This document shows, one piece after another, positions 30,087 to 39,176 of a stretch of DNA of 61,834 nt. Numbering within the stretch: position 1 is the stretch's first letter; each line of letters begins with the position of its first letter. Position numbers and translations under genes: made by a program. Source of the DNA: a virus (lineage: Duplodnaviria > Caudoviricetes); the IMG/VR virus record IMGVR_UViG_3300025000_000104, positions 1-61,834 of that record; one strand, given 5' to 3'. The notes under the pieces are model-generated. The model made no database searches, was not told the DNA's origin, and was given only the letters and a program-made list of their open reading frames with translations.

Positions 30087-30617
30087 TTGGCAAATTACAT
30101 ACATGCATATGATCTTTCTATGGAATCAACTGGGTTTTGTATATTTGATGAGAATATGAATCCAGTTTTAATTGATTCTATACCAACTAAAAAAAGTCAA
30201 TCTCATGGCAAGAGACTTAAGGTAATTGCAACAAAAATGGCAGAATTAAAAACTAATTATCCAACAAAAACAATTGTGATTGAAAGAGGATTTAGTAGAT
30301 TTAATATGGCAACTCAGGTTATTTACAGAGTCCATGGTTGCTGTAACTTGATTTTTCATGATTGTGAACAGATTTACTATCCTCCTAAAACAGTTAAAGA
30401 AGCGATTTTAAAAGGTGATGCTACCAAGAAACAAGTGCAAGAAGAGATTAAGAAAAGATATCCTGATGTTGTTTTTAAGAACGACGATGAATCAGATGCA
30501 TTTGCGGTTTGTTTGACATATTTTATTAAGAGTGGGAAATTGGAATGGATTAAGGATGTTGTTGTGAAAGAAAAGAAGGTTAGGAAGAAGAAAGATAAGG
30601 ATGAGGTTGATAAATAA
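30087..30617 (+). CDS. ruvC: RuvC-like Holliday junction resolvase
   Basis: AYDLSMESTG, IVIER, PKTVK...GDATKKQV, DDESDAFAV acidic catalytic set. Confidence 0.85.
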   Translation: MANYIHAYDLSMESTGFCIFDENMNPVLIDSIPTKKSQSHGKRLKVIATKMAELKTNYPTKTIVIERGFSRFNMATQVIYRVHGCCNLIFHDCEQIYYPPKTVKEAILKGDATKKQVQEEIKKRYPDVVFKNDDESDAFAVCLTYFIKSGKLEWIKDVVVKEKKVRKKKDKDEVDK

Positions 30618-30626
30618 ATAATTTAA

Positions 30627-30684
30627 TTTGTCATAGAACTTGAGGCATTTCATTTAGAAGTGTCTTTCTTTGTTGTATGACAAA
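30627..30684 (+). terminator. Extended terminator-like hairpin (same family as 6161 and 28821)
   Basis: TTTGTCATA/TATGACAAA outer stem around GAGGCATTTC...GAAGTGTCTT. Confidence 0.55.
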
Positions 30685-30697
30685 TTTTAGTTGTACA

Positions 30698-30805
30698 AGT
30701 AAGTGGACTAAGGAGAGCTACCTGAAAAGACACAATCCTTAGTGTCCTGTCCACTTATTATTCTTTTTAGAATAGAGGATTAAGGAAATAAAAATATTAA
30801 AGGAG
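30698..30805 (+). ncRNA. Antisense-loop leader RNA F
   Basis: AGTAAGTGGAC-TA-[AGG-AGAGCTA-CCT]-GAAAA-[GACAC-AATCCTTA-GTGTC]-CT-GTCCACTTATT; loop complementary to AGGATT/TAAGGA 30776-30786 and AAGGA of the SD near 30800. Confidence 0.75.
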
Positions 30806-30815
30806 ATGTTGAAAA

Positions 30816-32366
30816 ATGTTAATTAGTACAGAAGTAGAAGTGGTTTGGTCTAAGTGGAAAAAAGAATATTATATTCTAAGAGGTTATTGTTTTACAAAAA
30901 TAGGTGATATATTTATAGTTAAAATTGAAGATGTTGATCCAAATTCTAGTACAACCATCGAATATAAATGTGATTATTGTAAAACACCTCAAAAAATATA
31001 TATTAGAGATTATAATAAACAAAAAAGAGATGTCATAAACAAAGACTGTTGTGGAAAATGTGCTCATCTAAAAAATATTGCAATTAAGGAGGAAAAATCT
31101 GAATTAGGATTATTAAACAAAAGTGATTATGGTTACTGGAAATTTTATTCAAGTAGATTAAAAGAATTGAGTATATTTTTAAAAGAGAATAAAGTTGAAG
31201 ATTTACACAATGACAAATATTCACCACTTACTGAGTCTATTTATAGAAATAAAGATAATATTATAGATATGATACTTGAGTTAAAATTAAATGTGTATGA
31301 TGTTTGTGATGATTTACATAATTTGTACTTTCATATAAATAAAAATAACATTGAAAATATAATTGCTATATTTATTGATAAGAATAAGTATTTCCCTTCT
31401 TTGTTAGAAATGTCAAATATTTTACAACTTTCATATAGAATTTTGGTTAAATGTGGAGGATATTACTGTATTAAAAACAACATGGGTTTCAATAGTGATA
31501 TTTCTAATACTAAATTAATAAACATTAAAAGTAACATGGAAACCTTAGAAAAATATAAGGGCATTAGTGGAGTTTATAAAATAACAAATATAATTAATGG
31601 TAAAGTTTATATAGGCCAAGCAATGGATTTATGGAATAGAATTAATTCTGGATATATTTATTCGTTGCCAAAAGGAAGTTGTCATAATATTCATCTTCAA
31701 AGAGCATGGGATAAAGATGGAGGAGAAAATTTTTATATTGATATTATTGAGACATGTGATATTAAAATTTTAACAGAAAGAGAACAATTTTGGATTAATC
31801 AAACTCAATGTTTTAATAATAAGTTTGGTTACAATATTCTAGAATTCGCAGATAGTAATAGAGGTGCTAAAATCTCTGAAGAAACAAGAAAGAAGATAAG
31901 TGATGCTTCTAAATTAAGATTTGGGTGGCATCATACACAGGATGTCAAAGATCATCTATCTGATATACGTTCCAAATCTATTATTCAGTTAGATTTAGAT
32001 GGAAATTATATCAAGGAATGGAGAAATTCTAATGACGCATCAATTGCATTAACTGGAAAGAATACGAACGCTACGAATATAAGAGAATGTGCAAATGGGA
32101 GAGGAGCTTCATCTTGTGGATTTTTATGGATAAATAAAGATGAGTATAATAAAGAAACATTTAATAAAATGGATTATGAAAATAGAGATAAAACTAAAAG
32201 AAGAGTTGTTCAGTTAAGTCTAGATTGTGAATATTTAAAAACATTTAGAACAATGACAGAAGCGAAGAACGAAACAAAAGCAAGTAATATAAGTGCATGT
32301 CTATGTGGATTACAACATAAAAGTGGTGGATTTAAATGGATGTATGAAGAAGATTATTTAAAATAA
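30816..32366 (+). CDS. GIY-YIG homing endonuclease with N-terminal CDYC extension and NUMOD motifs
   Basis: SGVYKITNIINGKVYIGQA at mid-protein; ISEETRKKIS; QLDLDGNYIKEW; GGFKWMY. Confidence 0.85.
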   Translation: MLISTEVEVVWSKWKKEYYILRGYCFTKIGDIFIVKIEDVDPNSSTTIEYKCDYCKTPQKIYIRDYNKQKRDVINKDCCGKCAHLKNIAIKEEKSELGLLNKSDYGYWKFYSSRLKELSIFLKENKVEDLHNDKYSPLTESIYRNKDNIIDMILELKLNVYDVCDDLHNLYFHINKNNIENIIAIFIDKNKYFPSLLEMSNILQLSYRILVKCGGYYCIKNNMGFNSDISNTKLINIKSNMETLEKYKGISGVYKITNIINGKVYIGQAMDLWNRINSGYIYSLPKGSCHNIHLQRAWDKDGGENFYIDIIETCDIKILTEREQFWINQTQCFNNKFGYNILEFADSNRGAKISEETRKKISDASKLRFGWHHTQDVKDHLSDIRSKSIIQLDLDGNYIKEWRNSNDASIALTGKNTNATNIRECANGRGASSCGFLWINKDEYNKETFNKMDYENRDKTKRRVVQLSLDCEYLKTFRTMTEAKNETKASNISACLCGLQHKSGGFKWMYEEDYLK

Positions 32367-32383
32367 ATAAAGGAAGTGAATTA

Positions 32384-33391
32384 ATGACAAGAGGTAGAGT
32401 TTATAATTACATATATAATGAAGAGGATTGGCAAAATGTCAATCCTTTAAATAAAGAAATAATGGAAGATTATAAAGCAGAGTTAAAACAAAATCAAAAA
32501 TCAAATGGTACTATTCTTCAATACTACGGGGATTGGCGTATCGTAATGCTTTATATCTACAGAAAATTAAATAATAAATATATCCTTGAATTATCTAAAA
32601 AAGATTTTAGGAGATATAGTTTATGGATAACTGAAGAACTTAAAGTTTCTAATGCTAGACATAATAGACTTATGAGTGCATTAAGAAGCCTATTAACTTA
32701 TTGTGAAGAAGATGATGATCTTGATTATGAAAATAATACAGCTAGAAAAGTGAAAGGGTTGAGAAAAGATCCAGTAAAAGATATTGTATTTTTAACAAAC
32801 GAACAAGTAATGAATTTAAAAGAAGAGTTAATTAAATCAGAAAAATATATGTTAGCTACAATTTTGATGCTTGCTTATGATTCCGCAGGACGAAAGAATG
32901 AATTATTTCAAGTGCTAAAAGAATGTTTTTATGATAAAAGTAGAAATCACACCAATATAGTAATTGGCAAACGTGCTAAGAAATTTTCATTACTTTATTT
33001 TGACGCAACAAAAGAATGTGTTGAATTGTATTTAAAACAACGTGGTGAAGATGATTTAAAAGAAATGTGGATTACAGGGAAGGGTGATAATAAAACACCT
33101 GTCACACTAGGTACAATATATGATTGGTTTGTAGAAATGAGTAATTTATTAAGTAAATTAGAAGGAAAGAAAATTGAATTTAACGTTCATAGTTTTAGGC
33201 ATATTTCTTTAGAAAATTATTCTACAGGAGAACATTATATGTGCGAAAAATTAGGGAAAGAAGATGGATTCCAACTTTCTGATTTACAGTTAATTGCTCA
33301 TCACGATTCAAGTGAGGTAACTAGCGGATATTTAAAAGATAAGAAAGATGAAAGATTACAAGAAATGTTTGGAATTAAGATTGTGGACTAG
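32384..33391 (+). CDS. Tyrosine recombinase (XerC/D-like; YomM-like position)
   Basis: Catalytic residues R (AGRKNE), K (GKRAK), HSFR, H (AHHDS), Y (TSGY). Confidence 0.88.
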   Translation: MTRGRVYNYIYNEEDWQNVNPLNKEIMEDYKAELKQNQKSNGTILQYYGDWRIVMLYIYRKLNNKYILELSKKDFRRYSLWITEELKVSNARHNRLMSALRSLLTYCEEDDDLDYENNTARKVKGLRKDPVKDIVFLTNEQVMNLKEELIKSEKYMLATILMLAYDSAGRKNELFQVLKECFYDKSRNHTNIVIGKRAKKFSLLYFDATKECVELYLKQRGEDDLKEMWITGKGDNKTPVTLGTIYDWFVEMSNLLSKLEGKKIEFNVHSFRHISLENYSTGEHYMCEKLGKEDGFQLSDLQLIAHHDSSEVTSGYLKDKKDERLQEMFGIKIVD

Positions 33392-33451
33392 AGAATAGAA
33401 AAGCACATTTAATTTTAATTTAATTTTTAATAATTCTCCCATAAATAATCC

Positions 33452-33558
33452 CATCATATCAATCCACACGCATCAGAATCGCCTGTGTTGAGTCAGAATT
33501 TATCATCAATATGATTGTATAGGTCTGATTAATCTAAACGCTTAAAACAGATTTCATA
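33452..33558. repeat. ~105-bp candidate recombination site, copy 1
   Basis: Colinear (one indel) with 36752-36861: shared TGT..TGAGT...AATT, TATGATTGTA..GGT, GCTTA.AA..GATTT. Confidence 0.5.
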
Positions 33559-33679
33559 CAAATTCTATACAATAATTTTAATAACATCAAACAAAAAATA
33601 AATATAATTTATCACAACAATTATAACATTATATTCTTATTATATCCAATTTAACTCTATTTAACAACAAAATCTATTA

Positions 33680-33709
33680 TTGACCATCATCCTCCCCTTA
33701 CTATATAAT
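33680..33709 (+). promoter_or_regulatory. SigA-type promoter for the Ig-domain gene
   Basis: TTGACC-18 nt-TATAAT. Confidence 0.55.
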
Positions 33710-33758
33710 AAACACAGAATTACATTATTACAATAAATAGTAAGAGGAGGAAAACAAT

Positions 33759-34964
33759 ATGAAAAAACTGTTAACCACAATCACATTATCTCTATCCTTA
33801 TTATTAACTCCTATCTTAACAACTCCTACATTAGCATCAGAGGTTATTTCGCCACAATCACAACAATCTATTTTATCGACAAAAACAATAAAACCAACAA
33901 AAGTAACACTAAATTGCAAAACAACAACCTTAAACACAGGTTCAACCGCAACATTAACACCAATTATATCACCGTCAACAGTCACAAATAAGTCAGTTAC
34001 TTGGAAATCTAGTAATACTAAAATTGCTACTGTAGACTCATCAGGATTAATCACTGGAATTAAAGCAGGGAAAGCAAATATTACAGTAACTACTATAGAT
34101 GGTAAAAAGAAAGCGACATGTAAAGTTACGATAAAAACTGCACCAATTGTAAAAGTAACTGGAATCAGTTTAGATAAAAGTTCAATGACTATTAATGTAG
34201 GAGATACTGAAACATTAATTCCTACAATAACACCAGATAATGCGACAAGTCAAAATATCACTTGGGAATCAAGTAATAATAAAGTAGTTAAAGTTGATTC
34301 AAATGGGAAAATTCAAGGTTTAAAAGCTGGAAATGCAACTATAGCTGCAATAAGTAAAGATGGTAGTAAAAAAGCTAGGTGTAGTGTAACCGTAAGAGAT
34401 ATTCAAATTCCTACTATTGTTTCAATCGTTGATATAACTCAAACTATAACTCAAGGCGATAACTATACTTTACCATCAATGGTCGAAGCTATAATGTCAG
34501 ATGAAACAAAGAAACAAGTTGCAATAACTTGGAGTTCATTAATTGTTGATACTAATAAAACAGGAACATATATATTTTATGGTACTGTCCAAGGATGGAA
34601 TAAAGATGTTAAATTAACATTGATTGTAACCTCCAAAGTTCAAACAATTGAAGATGTACAACAATTAATTGTAGGTAATTGGGTAACCTCGAATTATAAA
34701 ATAGGACTTGAATTTTCTAATAATGGATCTTTAATACAATCTTACTATTACACCAATTCATGGTACACAAAAGATGAAATAGAGTATAGTATCATAAGTC
34801 CTACAGAAATGAAATTTAAATATATTAGATGGTATGATAGTATGTTTGACAGATGGTTTATTAGTAAGGATGATGATAAAATATTTAATTTCACAATTAA
34901 TGATAAAGAGTTAACTATTTTAAATTGGAGTCAATATGGAGGGGCGACATTTAAAAAATGGTAG
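33759..34964 (+). CDS. Secreted Ig-like domain protein (two Big_2 plus one Big_4-type repeat), moron-like
   Basis: Signal peptide MKKLL...TLA; TWKSSNTKIATVDSSGLITG and TWESSNNKVVKVDSNGKIQG; YTLPSMVEA...GTYIFYGTV. Confidence 0.85.
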   Translation: MKKLLTTITLSLSLLLTPILTTPTLASEVISPQSQQSILSTKTIKPTKVTLNCKTTTLNTGSTATLTPIISPSTVTNKSVTWKSSNTKIATVDSSGLITGIKAGKANITVTTIDGKKKATCKVTIKTAPIVKVTGISLDKSSMTINVGDTETLIPTITPDNATSQNITWESSNNKVVKVDSNGKIQGLKAGNATIAAISKDGSKKARCSVTVRDIQIPTIVSIVDITQTITQGDNYTLPSMVEAIMSDETKKQVAITWSSLIVDTNKTGTYIFYGTVQGWNKDVKLTLIVTSKVQTIEDVQQLIVGNWVTSNYKIGLEFSNNGSLIQSYYYTNSWYTKDEIEYSIISPTEMKFKYIRWYDSMFDRWFISKDDDKIFNFTINDKELTILNWSQYGGATFKKW

Positions 34965-34997
34965 TTTTATAGTTATTTGATTATTATTTAGTTATCT

Positions 34998-35050
34998 GAC
35001 CTCTGTGTTTACAGGGGTTTTTTATTGTGATTGTAAAATTAATTTACAAG
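34998..35050 (+). repeat. Terminator plus left arm of site copy 2, duplicated at 36715-36772
   Basis: GACCTCTGTGTTT(A)CAGGGGT...TTTATTGTGATT...TAAAAT(T/C)AATTT(A/G)CAAG present twice. Confidence 0.75.
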
Positions 35051-35113
35051 GATGTGCGGAAAGTCCACTCCTTCAGGTGTGGGATGGATAGCACAATAAT
35101 GTGTATAAAATAG

Positions 35114-35142
35114 TTTACAACATACACATTATATAGTATAAT
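35114..35142 (+). promoter_or_regulatory. IS promoter, probably leaderless for tnpA
   Basis: TTTACA-17 nt-TATAAT with ATG at 35149; overlapping inverted repeat AATGTGTAT/ATACACATT. Confidence 0.6.
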
Positions 35143-35148
35143 TATTTT

Positions 35149-35190
35149 ATGGAAAATAAATATCGAAAAACTAACACAACAGTATCTTTA
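35149..35190 (+). pseudogene. tnpA: N-terminal stub of IS200-type TnpA (Y1 transposase)
   Basis: MENKYRKTNTTVSL resembles Firmicutes TnpA N-termini that continue ...NYHFVFCP; the rest is absent. Confidence 0.6.
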
Positions 35191-35243
35191 GCAGTGGATT
35201 ATAATAAACCATATATAATTAATATATTGGAGGTGAATATCAA

Positions 35244-36377
35244 TTGCTTAAAGCATTCAAATTCAGACTATATCCAAACAAAGAACAAACAACATCAATC
35301 AACAAACATTTAGGTTCAAATAGGTTTGTCTATAATCATTTTCTTGCTAAACGAATTGAAATGTATAAAGATAATAAACAGACTTTAACTTACAATCAAT
35401 GTGCAAATTCCCTTCCCCAACTTAAAAAAGAATTTGAATGGCTTAAGGAAATTGATAGTATATCCCTTCAGCAAACTCTTAAAAACTTAGATTTAGCTTA
35501 TCAGAATTTCTTTAGAGAAATTAAAAAATGTAATAGTAATCAAGGATTTCCTAAATTCAAATCTAAAAAAGATAATCATAAATCTTATAGAACCAACGTA
35601 ACTAATAATAATATTAGAGTTGAAGAAAATAGAGTTAAATTACCCAAACTTGGTTTAGTAAAATTTGCTAAATCAAAAGAAGTTTTAGGACAAATTAAAA
35701 ACGTAACAATATCTCAAGTACCTAGTGGAAAGTATTTTATTTCTATTCTTTGTGAAGTTATGGAGCCTATTAAACTACCAAAATCAGATTTAAATATTGG
35801 TATTGATTTAGGCATTAAAGATTTTGCCATCACATCTGAAGCAGAAATTATTGATAACCCAAAATACTACCGTAAATATGAAGACAAACTAGCTAAACTC
35901 CAAAGAAAACTTTCCAAGAAACAAAAAGGAAGTAAAAATAGGAATAAAGTCAGAATTAAAGTAGCTAAACTTCATGAAAAAATAACTAATACTAGAAAAG
36001 ATTTTCTTCAAAAAATATCTACTAGACTTATTAATGAGAACAAAATTATTTGTTTAGAAGATTTAAATGTTGAAGGGATGGTTAAAAATCATAAATTAGC
36101 AAAAAGCATTTCAGATGCATCTTGGAGCATTTTTATTACAATGCTTACTTATAAAGCTAATTGGTATGGTAGAGAAGTTGTTATAATAGACAGATATTTT
36201 CCATCTTCACAATTGTGTCATGTTTGTGGATATAAGAATGTTGAAATAAAAGATTTGAATGTCAGAGAATGGACTTGTCCAGAGTGTGATTCACATCATC
36301 ATAGAGATATAAATGCAGCTATTAATATTAGAAATGAAGGACTAAGAACTGTTAGGATTAGTAGTGTAAATAAGTGA
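35244..36377 (+). CDS. tnpB: TnpB RNA-guided endonuclease
   Basis: [14 protein letters not shown]-terminus; RuvC triad intact ([18 protein letters not shown]); CHVCG...CPECD zinc finger. Confidence 0.95.
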   Translation: MLKAFKFRLYPNKEQTTSINKHLGSNRFVYNHFLAKRIEMYKDNKQTLTYNQCANSLPQLKKEFEWLKEIDSISLQQTLKNLDLAYQNFFREIKKCNSNQGFPKFKSKKDNHKSYRTNVTNNNIRVEENRVKLPKLGLVKFAKSKEVLGQIKNVTISQVPSGKYFISILCEVMEPIKLPKSDLNIGIDLGIKDFAITSEAEIIDNPKYYRKYEDKLAKLQRKLSKKQKGSKNRNKVRIKVAKLHEKITNTRKDFLQKISTRLINENKIICLEDLNVEGMVKNHKLAKSISDASWSIFITMLTYKANWYGREVVIIDRYFPSSQLCHVCGYKNVEIKDLNVREWTCPECDSHHHRDINAAINIRNEGLRTVRISSVNK

Positions 36378-36507
36378 AATTAATAAATAAAATAATAACC
36401 GTAGGAACTATGGGGATAGCCTGTGGAGATGGAGATTACGAAATTGATGAAACAGGAATCATGCGATTTAAGTCGTGTGAGGTTCAATATTATGATATGT
36501 ATGCTTT
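36378..36507 (+). ncRNA. TnpB omega RNA 3' scaffold plus predicted guide (36488-36507, TATTATGATATGTATGCTTT)
   Basis: ACCGTAGGAACTATGGGGATAGCCTGTGGAG and GAAACAGGAATC...TTCAA are typical of tnpB 3' ends; 5' boundary uncertain. Confidence 0.7.
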
Positions 36508-36673
36508 TAGCTATGCTAGTTTTTCAGAATCAATAAAACCTTATGGATGGACATATTATAAAACTGATGTTGATTATCAAGGTTATTCTATTTTCTATTT
36601 TAGAAAAGGAAGTTCATTAATAGGAATGGCATGGATCGGATATGATAGAGTTATTTATGGGAAGATTCGTTAG
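36488..36673 (+). pseudogene. 3' remnant of a gene truncated at the IS right end
   Basis: Open frame YYDMYAF...GWTYYKTD...IYGKIR* followed by the same terminator as the Ig gene. Confidence 0.55.
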
Positions 36674-36712
36674 AATTTATTGGATTTAGTTTGGGTGAGA
36701 TTGTGTTGTGCT

Positions 36713-36739
36713 AAGACCTCTGTGTTTCAGGGGTCTTTT
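36713..36739 (+). terminator. Intrinsic terminator (near copy of 34998-35023)
   Basis: AAGACCTCTG-TGTTT-CAGGGGTCTT-TT. Confidence 0.75.
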
Positions 36740-36751
36740 ATTGTGATTCTG

Positions 36752-36861
36752 ATTATAAAATCAATTTGCAAGCGTGAGGATTCAGTGTACTGAGTTTAAA
36801 TTGTTTGTTGGTATGATTGTAAGGGTATTGTGGTTTGATGGCTTAGAATTGATTTTATGAT
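36752..36861. repeat. ~105-bp candidate recombination site, copy 3, with imperfect terminal inverted repeats
   Basis: ATTATAAAATCAATTTGCAAGC ... GCTTAGAATTGATTTTATGAT. Confidence 0.55.
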
Positions 36862-36934
36862 ATTTAGTTAAAAAAAGAGGCTCTGTGAGATAGAGTCTCT
36901 TTAATATATTTATTTATTACTTATACTAAATTCC

Positions 36935-37747
36935 TTATCCAAATACAACTAAATTCTTACTTTTCTCCTTTCTATCTAACAATATATCATAAATATAATC
37001 AATTCCAATTGTTTTAACTCTTGTTAATTCTGAATCAATATCATCTCTATCATCATTGTCACCAGAAATATTGAAGTAATTTTCAAAACCGCTATTTGGT
37101 AAGTTCTTATATCTTCCTTTGATTTTATTTTTGCTAATAATACCACAATCTCTAAGAATACTTGGTAGAGTTTTCTTATTGACTTTAATATTACTACCTT
37201 CCTCTTTACTTCTAGTGCTTAACATTTTTGAAACTTGCTCAAATGTATATGTACCTTCTGCATCAAGAAATACTCCATATTTATCAAGTTTAGGTTGTGC
37301 TTCTTCTAATTGTTGCTCGACAAATAATCTTTTTTGTCTTTCTTCTTTGAGTTGAGTTGCTAATTGGATAATAAAATCTGGATCAGTAAGAGTTTTTTCT
37401 ATTACTTCTTCTGTCATATAAGCACCGTGTTTTTGAATTGTAGGAAGAACTTCGTCAAATATCCAAGATTCAAATTTTTCAGCAGAAGATAGTTCGCTAC
37501 TTGCTACAAGTCTATAAATATCTCCTTCGGGAATAATATTTACTTCGATTGTCTTAGTTTTACTTTGTGGATGCGGTAGGTTGTGTTTTGCCACCCACTT
37601 GCAATGACGTTTAATTGCATTGATTGTATCTTTATATCCAAGTGCGGTAGCAATATCTTTTGCTACAAAGAAGATTTTACCTTTTACATCTACTGTTCTA
37701 ATTAGACCGAATTCCTCACTATTGAAAATTTGTAAATTGTTTGTCAT
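36935..37747 (-). CDS. BRO-N domain antirepressor
   Basis: LQIFNSEEFGLIRTV...FVAKDIATALGY...IPEGDIYRL...FESWIFDEVLPTIQKHGAY...PDFIIQLATQLKEER. Confidence 0.88.
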   Translation of the reverse strand: MTNNLQIFNSEEFGLIRTVDVKGKIFFVAKDIATALGYKDTINAIKRHCKWVAKHNLPHPQSKTKTIEVNIIPEGDIYRLVASSELSSAEKFESWIFDEVLPTIQKHGAYMTEEVIEKTLTDPDFIIQLATQLKEERQKRLFVEQQLEEAQPKLDKYGVFLDAEGTYTFEQVSKMLSTRSKEEGSNIKVNKKTLPSILRDCGIISKNKIKGRYKNLPNSGFENYFNISGDNDDRDDIDSELTRVKTIGIDYIYDILLDRKEKSKNLVVFG

Positions 37748-38011
37748 GTTTTTAACTACCTCTTTCTTTTAATTTAATTATTTTTGTATTTTATATATTA
37801 TTTTAATTTACAATTATTGGTAGAATTTTTACATTACTTCAAAGATAGCGTACATTTTATATTCTCCTTTCTATTATTATTCCTTATGTAATCTATTACT
37901 CAGGCCCATCTCTAATGATAATTATCAACTCCTTCCTATCCTTGTGTATTATAGCACGATGGGAGGATGCTTGTAAAGTAATAAATAAATATTAGAAAGG
38001 TTTTGATCATA

Positions 38012-38149
38012 ATGAAACTAGAAAAAGCAACTATAGCAGAAGGTGAATATGCAGATAAGATTAGAGAAGAGTTGTTGAGAAAACCAAGTGATAAGGCAAT
38101 TGCAAGGAATAAAAGAGCAAATGAATTGTTGAAGAAGTTAAGAAGTTAA
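38012..38149 (+). CDS. 45-aa hypothetical protein (missed by ORF track)
   Basis: MKLEKATIAEGEYADKIREELLRKPSDKAIARNKRANELLKKLRS; SD GAAAGG. Confidence 0.5.
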   Translation: MKLEKATIAEGEYADKIREELLRKPSDKAIARNKRANELLKKLRS

Positions 38150-38314
38150 GTTTTGGTTGTTTTAAATTGGATTGTTAAAGTAATAAATAAATATATTTGA
38201 CACGAATATGTCCTATATGATATGCTAACTACGAGGTAAAGGTTACACTCCTTTATACATATGTTTTGATTTTGATAGGCATATGAGTAATGTGGTATAA
38301 TAGGTGGATAAGGA

Positions 38315-38545
38315 GTGATTTGGATGAAGATTATTATCCATAATAAGATAGAAGAAAAAGTAATTGAATATCAGGAGAGAACTGGGACTACAAAAAGTTG
38401 GTTGGCTAATAGGATGAGTATGAGTCCACAAAATATGTATAAACTAATGCAATCTAATAACATAACTATTGAAACATTGATAAAATTTAGTTGTGTTTTA
38501 GGTTGTAATAAAGAAGAACTGTATGAGTATGAAATTATAGAATAA
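38315..38545 (+). CDS. XRE/Cro-type HTH regulator
   Basis: TKSWLANRMSMSPQNMYKL...TIETLIKFSCVLGC...ELY; likely start ATG 38324. Confidence 0.8.
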   Translation: MIWMKIIIHNKIEEKVIEYQERTGTTKSWLANRMSMSPQNMYKLMQSNNITIETLIKFSCVLGCNKEELYEYEIIE

Positions 38546-38602
38546 TTAATAAATAATTTTCTCCAAATGTTTATATTATTTAAACAATATTTTTAAAAAG
38601 TA

Positions 38603-38642
38603 TCAACCATTGGTTGACATATGTAAGATTACCCCTTATACT
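38603..38642 (+). promoter_or_regulatory. SigA promoter with overlapping palindromic operator
   Basis: TTGACA 38614-38619, 17 nt, TATACT 38637-38642; palindrome TCAACCA-T-TGGTTGA 38603-38617. Confidence 0.7.
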
Positions 38643-38690
38643 AAACATTGTAAGGAGATTAATTCTCTTTAACAAAAATTAGTAAAGGGG

Positions 38691-39176
38691 ATGTTTGTAT
38701 TGAGAGAAATTGAAGTTAATGAGTTAATTACTGAGTCAGATGCTTTTACTGGTAAAGAGGTTCAGGTGTTCTTATCTCCCATTAATTCCAAAAACACTTA
38801 TAAACAATTTAGGTTGAGAAATGCTGGAGATAATCTGGAATTATATGACATTAATATTGATAATCCTACTATGCAAGAATTGATTATTCCAAAAGATGCT
38901 ATTAAAGAAATTACGTATTTTGAAGGGGAAAATATCTATAATTCAGTATTTTCAATCGCATTGAATCATGGTCAAATTGATTTTTGTGTTAGTGAAAAAC
39001 CAATGGTTTGTAAGAAATGTAAAAAATTATTAGATAGACATTATGACCCTTGTTGGCAAATTAATCAGGTTGGTAGATATGGTAGTTTATGGGACAATGA
39101 TCGAGTTGTGATTGATTTATGTGAAGATTGTTTATTGAAGTTTCTTGGTTATAAAGATGGTGATTCGGATGAGTGA
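38691..39176 (+). CDS. Hypothetical protein with C-terminal zinc finger
   Basis: CKKC...GRYGSLWD...DLCEDC. Confidence 0.65.
   Translation: MFVLREIEVNELITESDAFTGKEVQVFLSPINSKNTYKQFRLRNAGDNLELYDINIDNPTMQELIIPKDAIKEITYFEGENIYNSVFSIALNHGQIDFCVSEKPMVCKKCKKLLDRHYDPCWQINQVGRYGSLWDNDRVVIDLCEDCLLKFLGYKDGDSDE

Larger units (their letters stand above)
35051..36487 (+). mobile_element. Non-autonomous IS200/IS605-family element (left end, tnpA stub, tnpB, omega RNA/right end)
   Basis: Left-end hairpin GTGC-GGAAAGTCCACTCCTTCAGGTGTGGGATGGATA-GCAC; right-end hairpin TCATGCGATTTAAGTCGTGTGA ending GGTTCAA at 36487. Confidence 0.8.

Noticed and set aside
34824-34850. Possible self-target of the TnpB guide in the Ig gene (GGTATGATAGTATG)
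   Set aside because: The match needs a gap and has seed mismatches; expected by chance in AT-rich DNA.
36374-36673. 99-aa ORF after tnpB as a real gene
   Set aside because: Its first third is omega RNA/right-end sequence; only 36488-36673 looks like a coding remnant.
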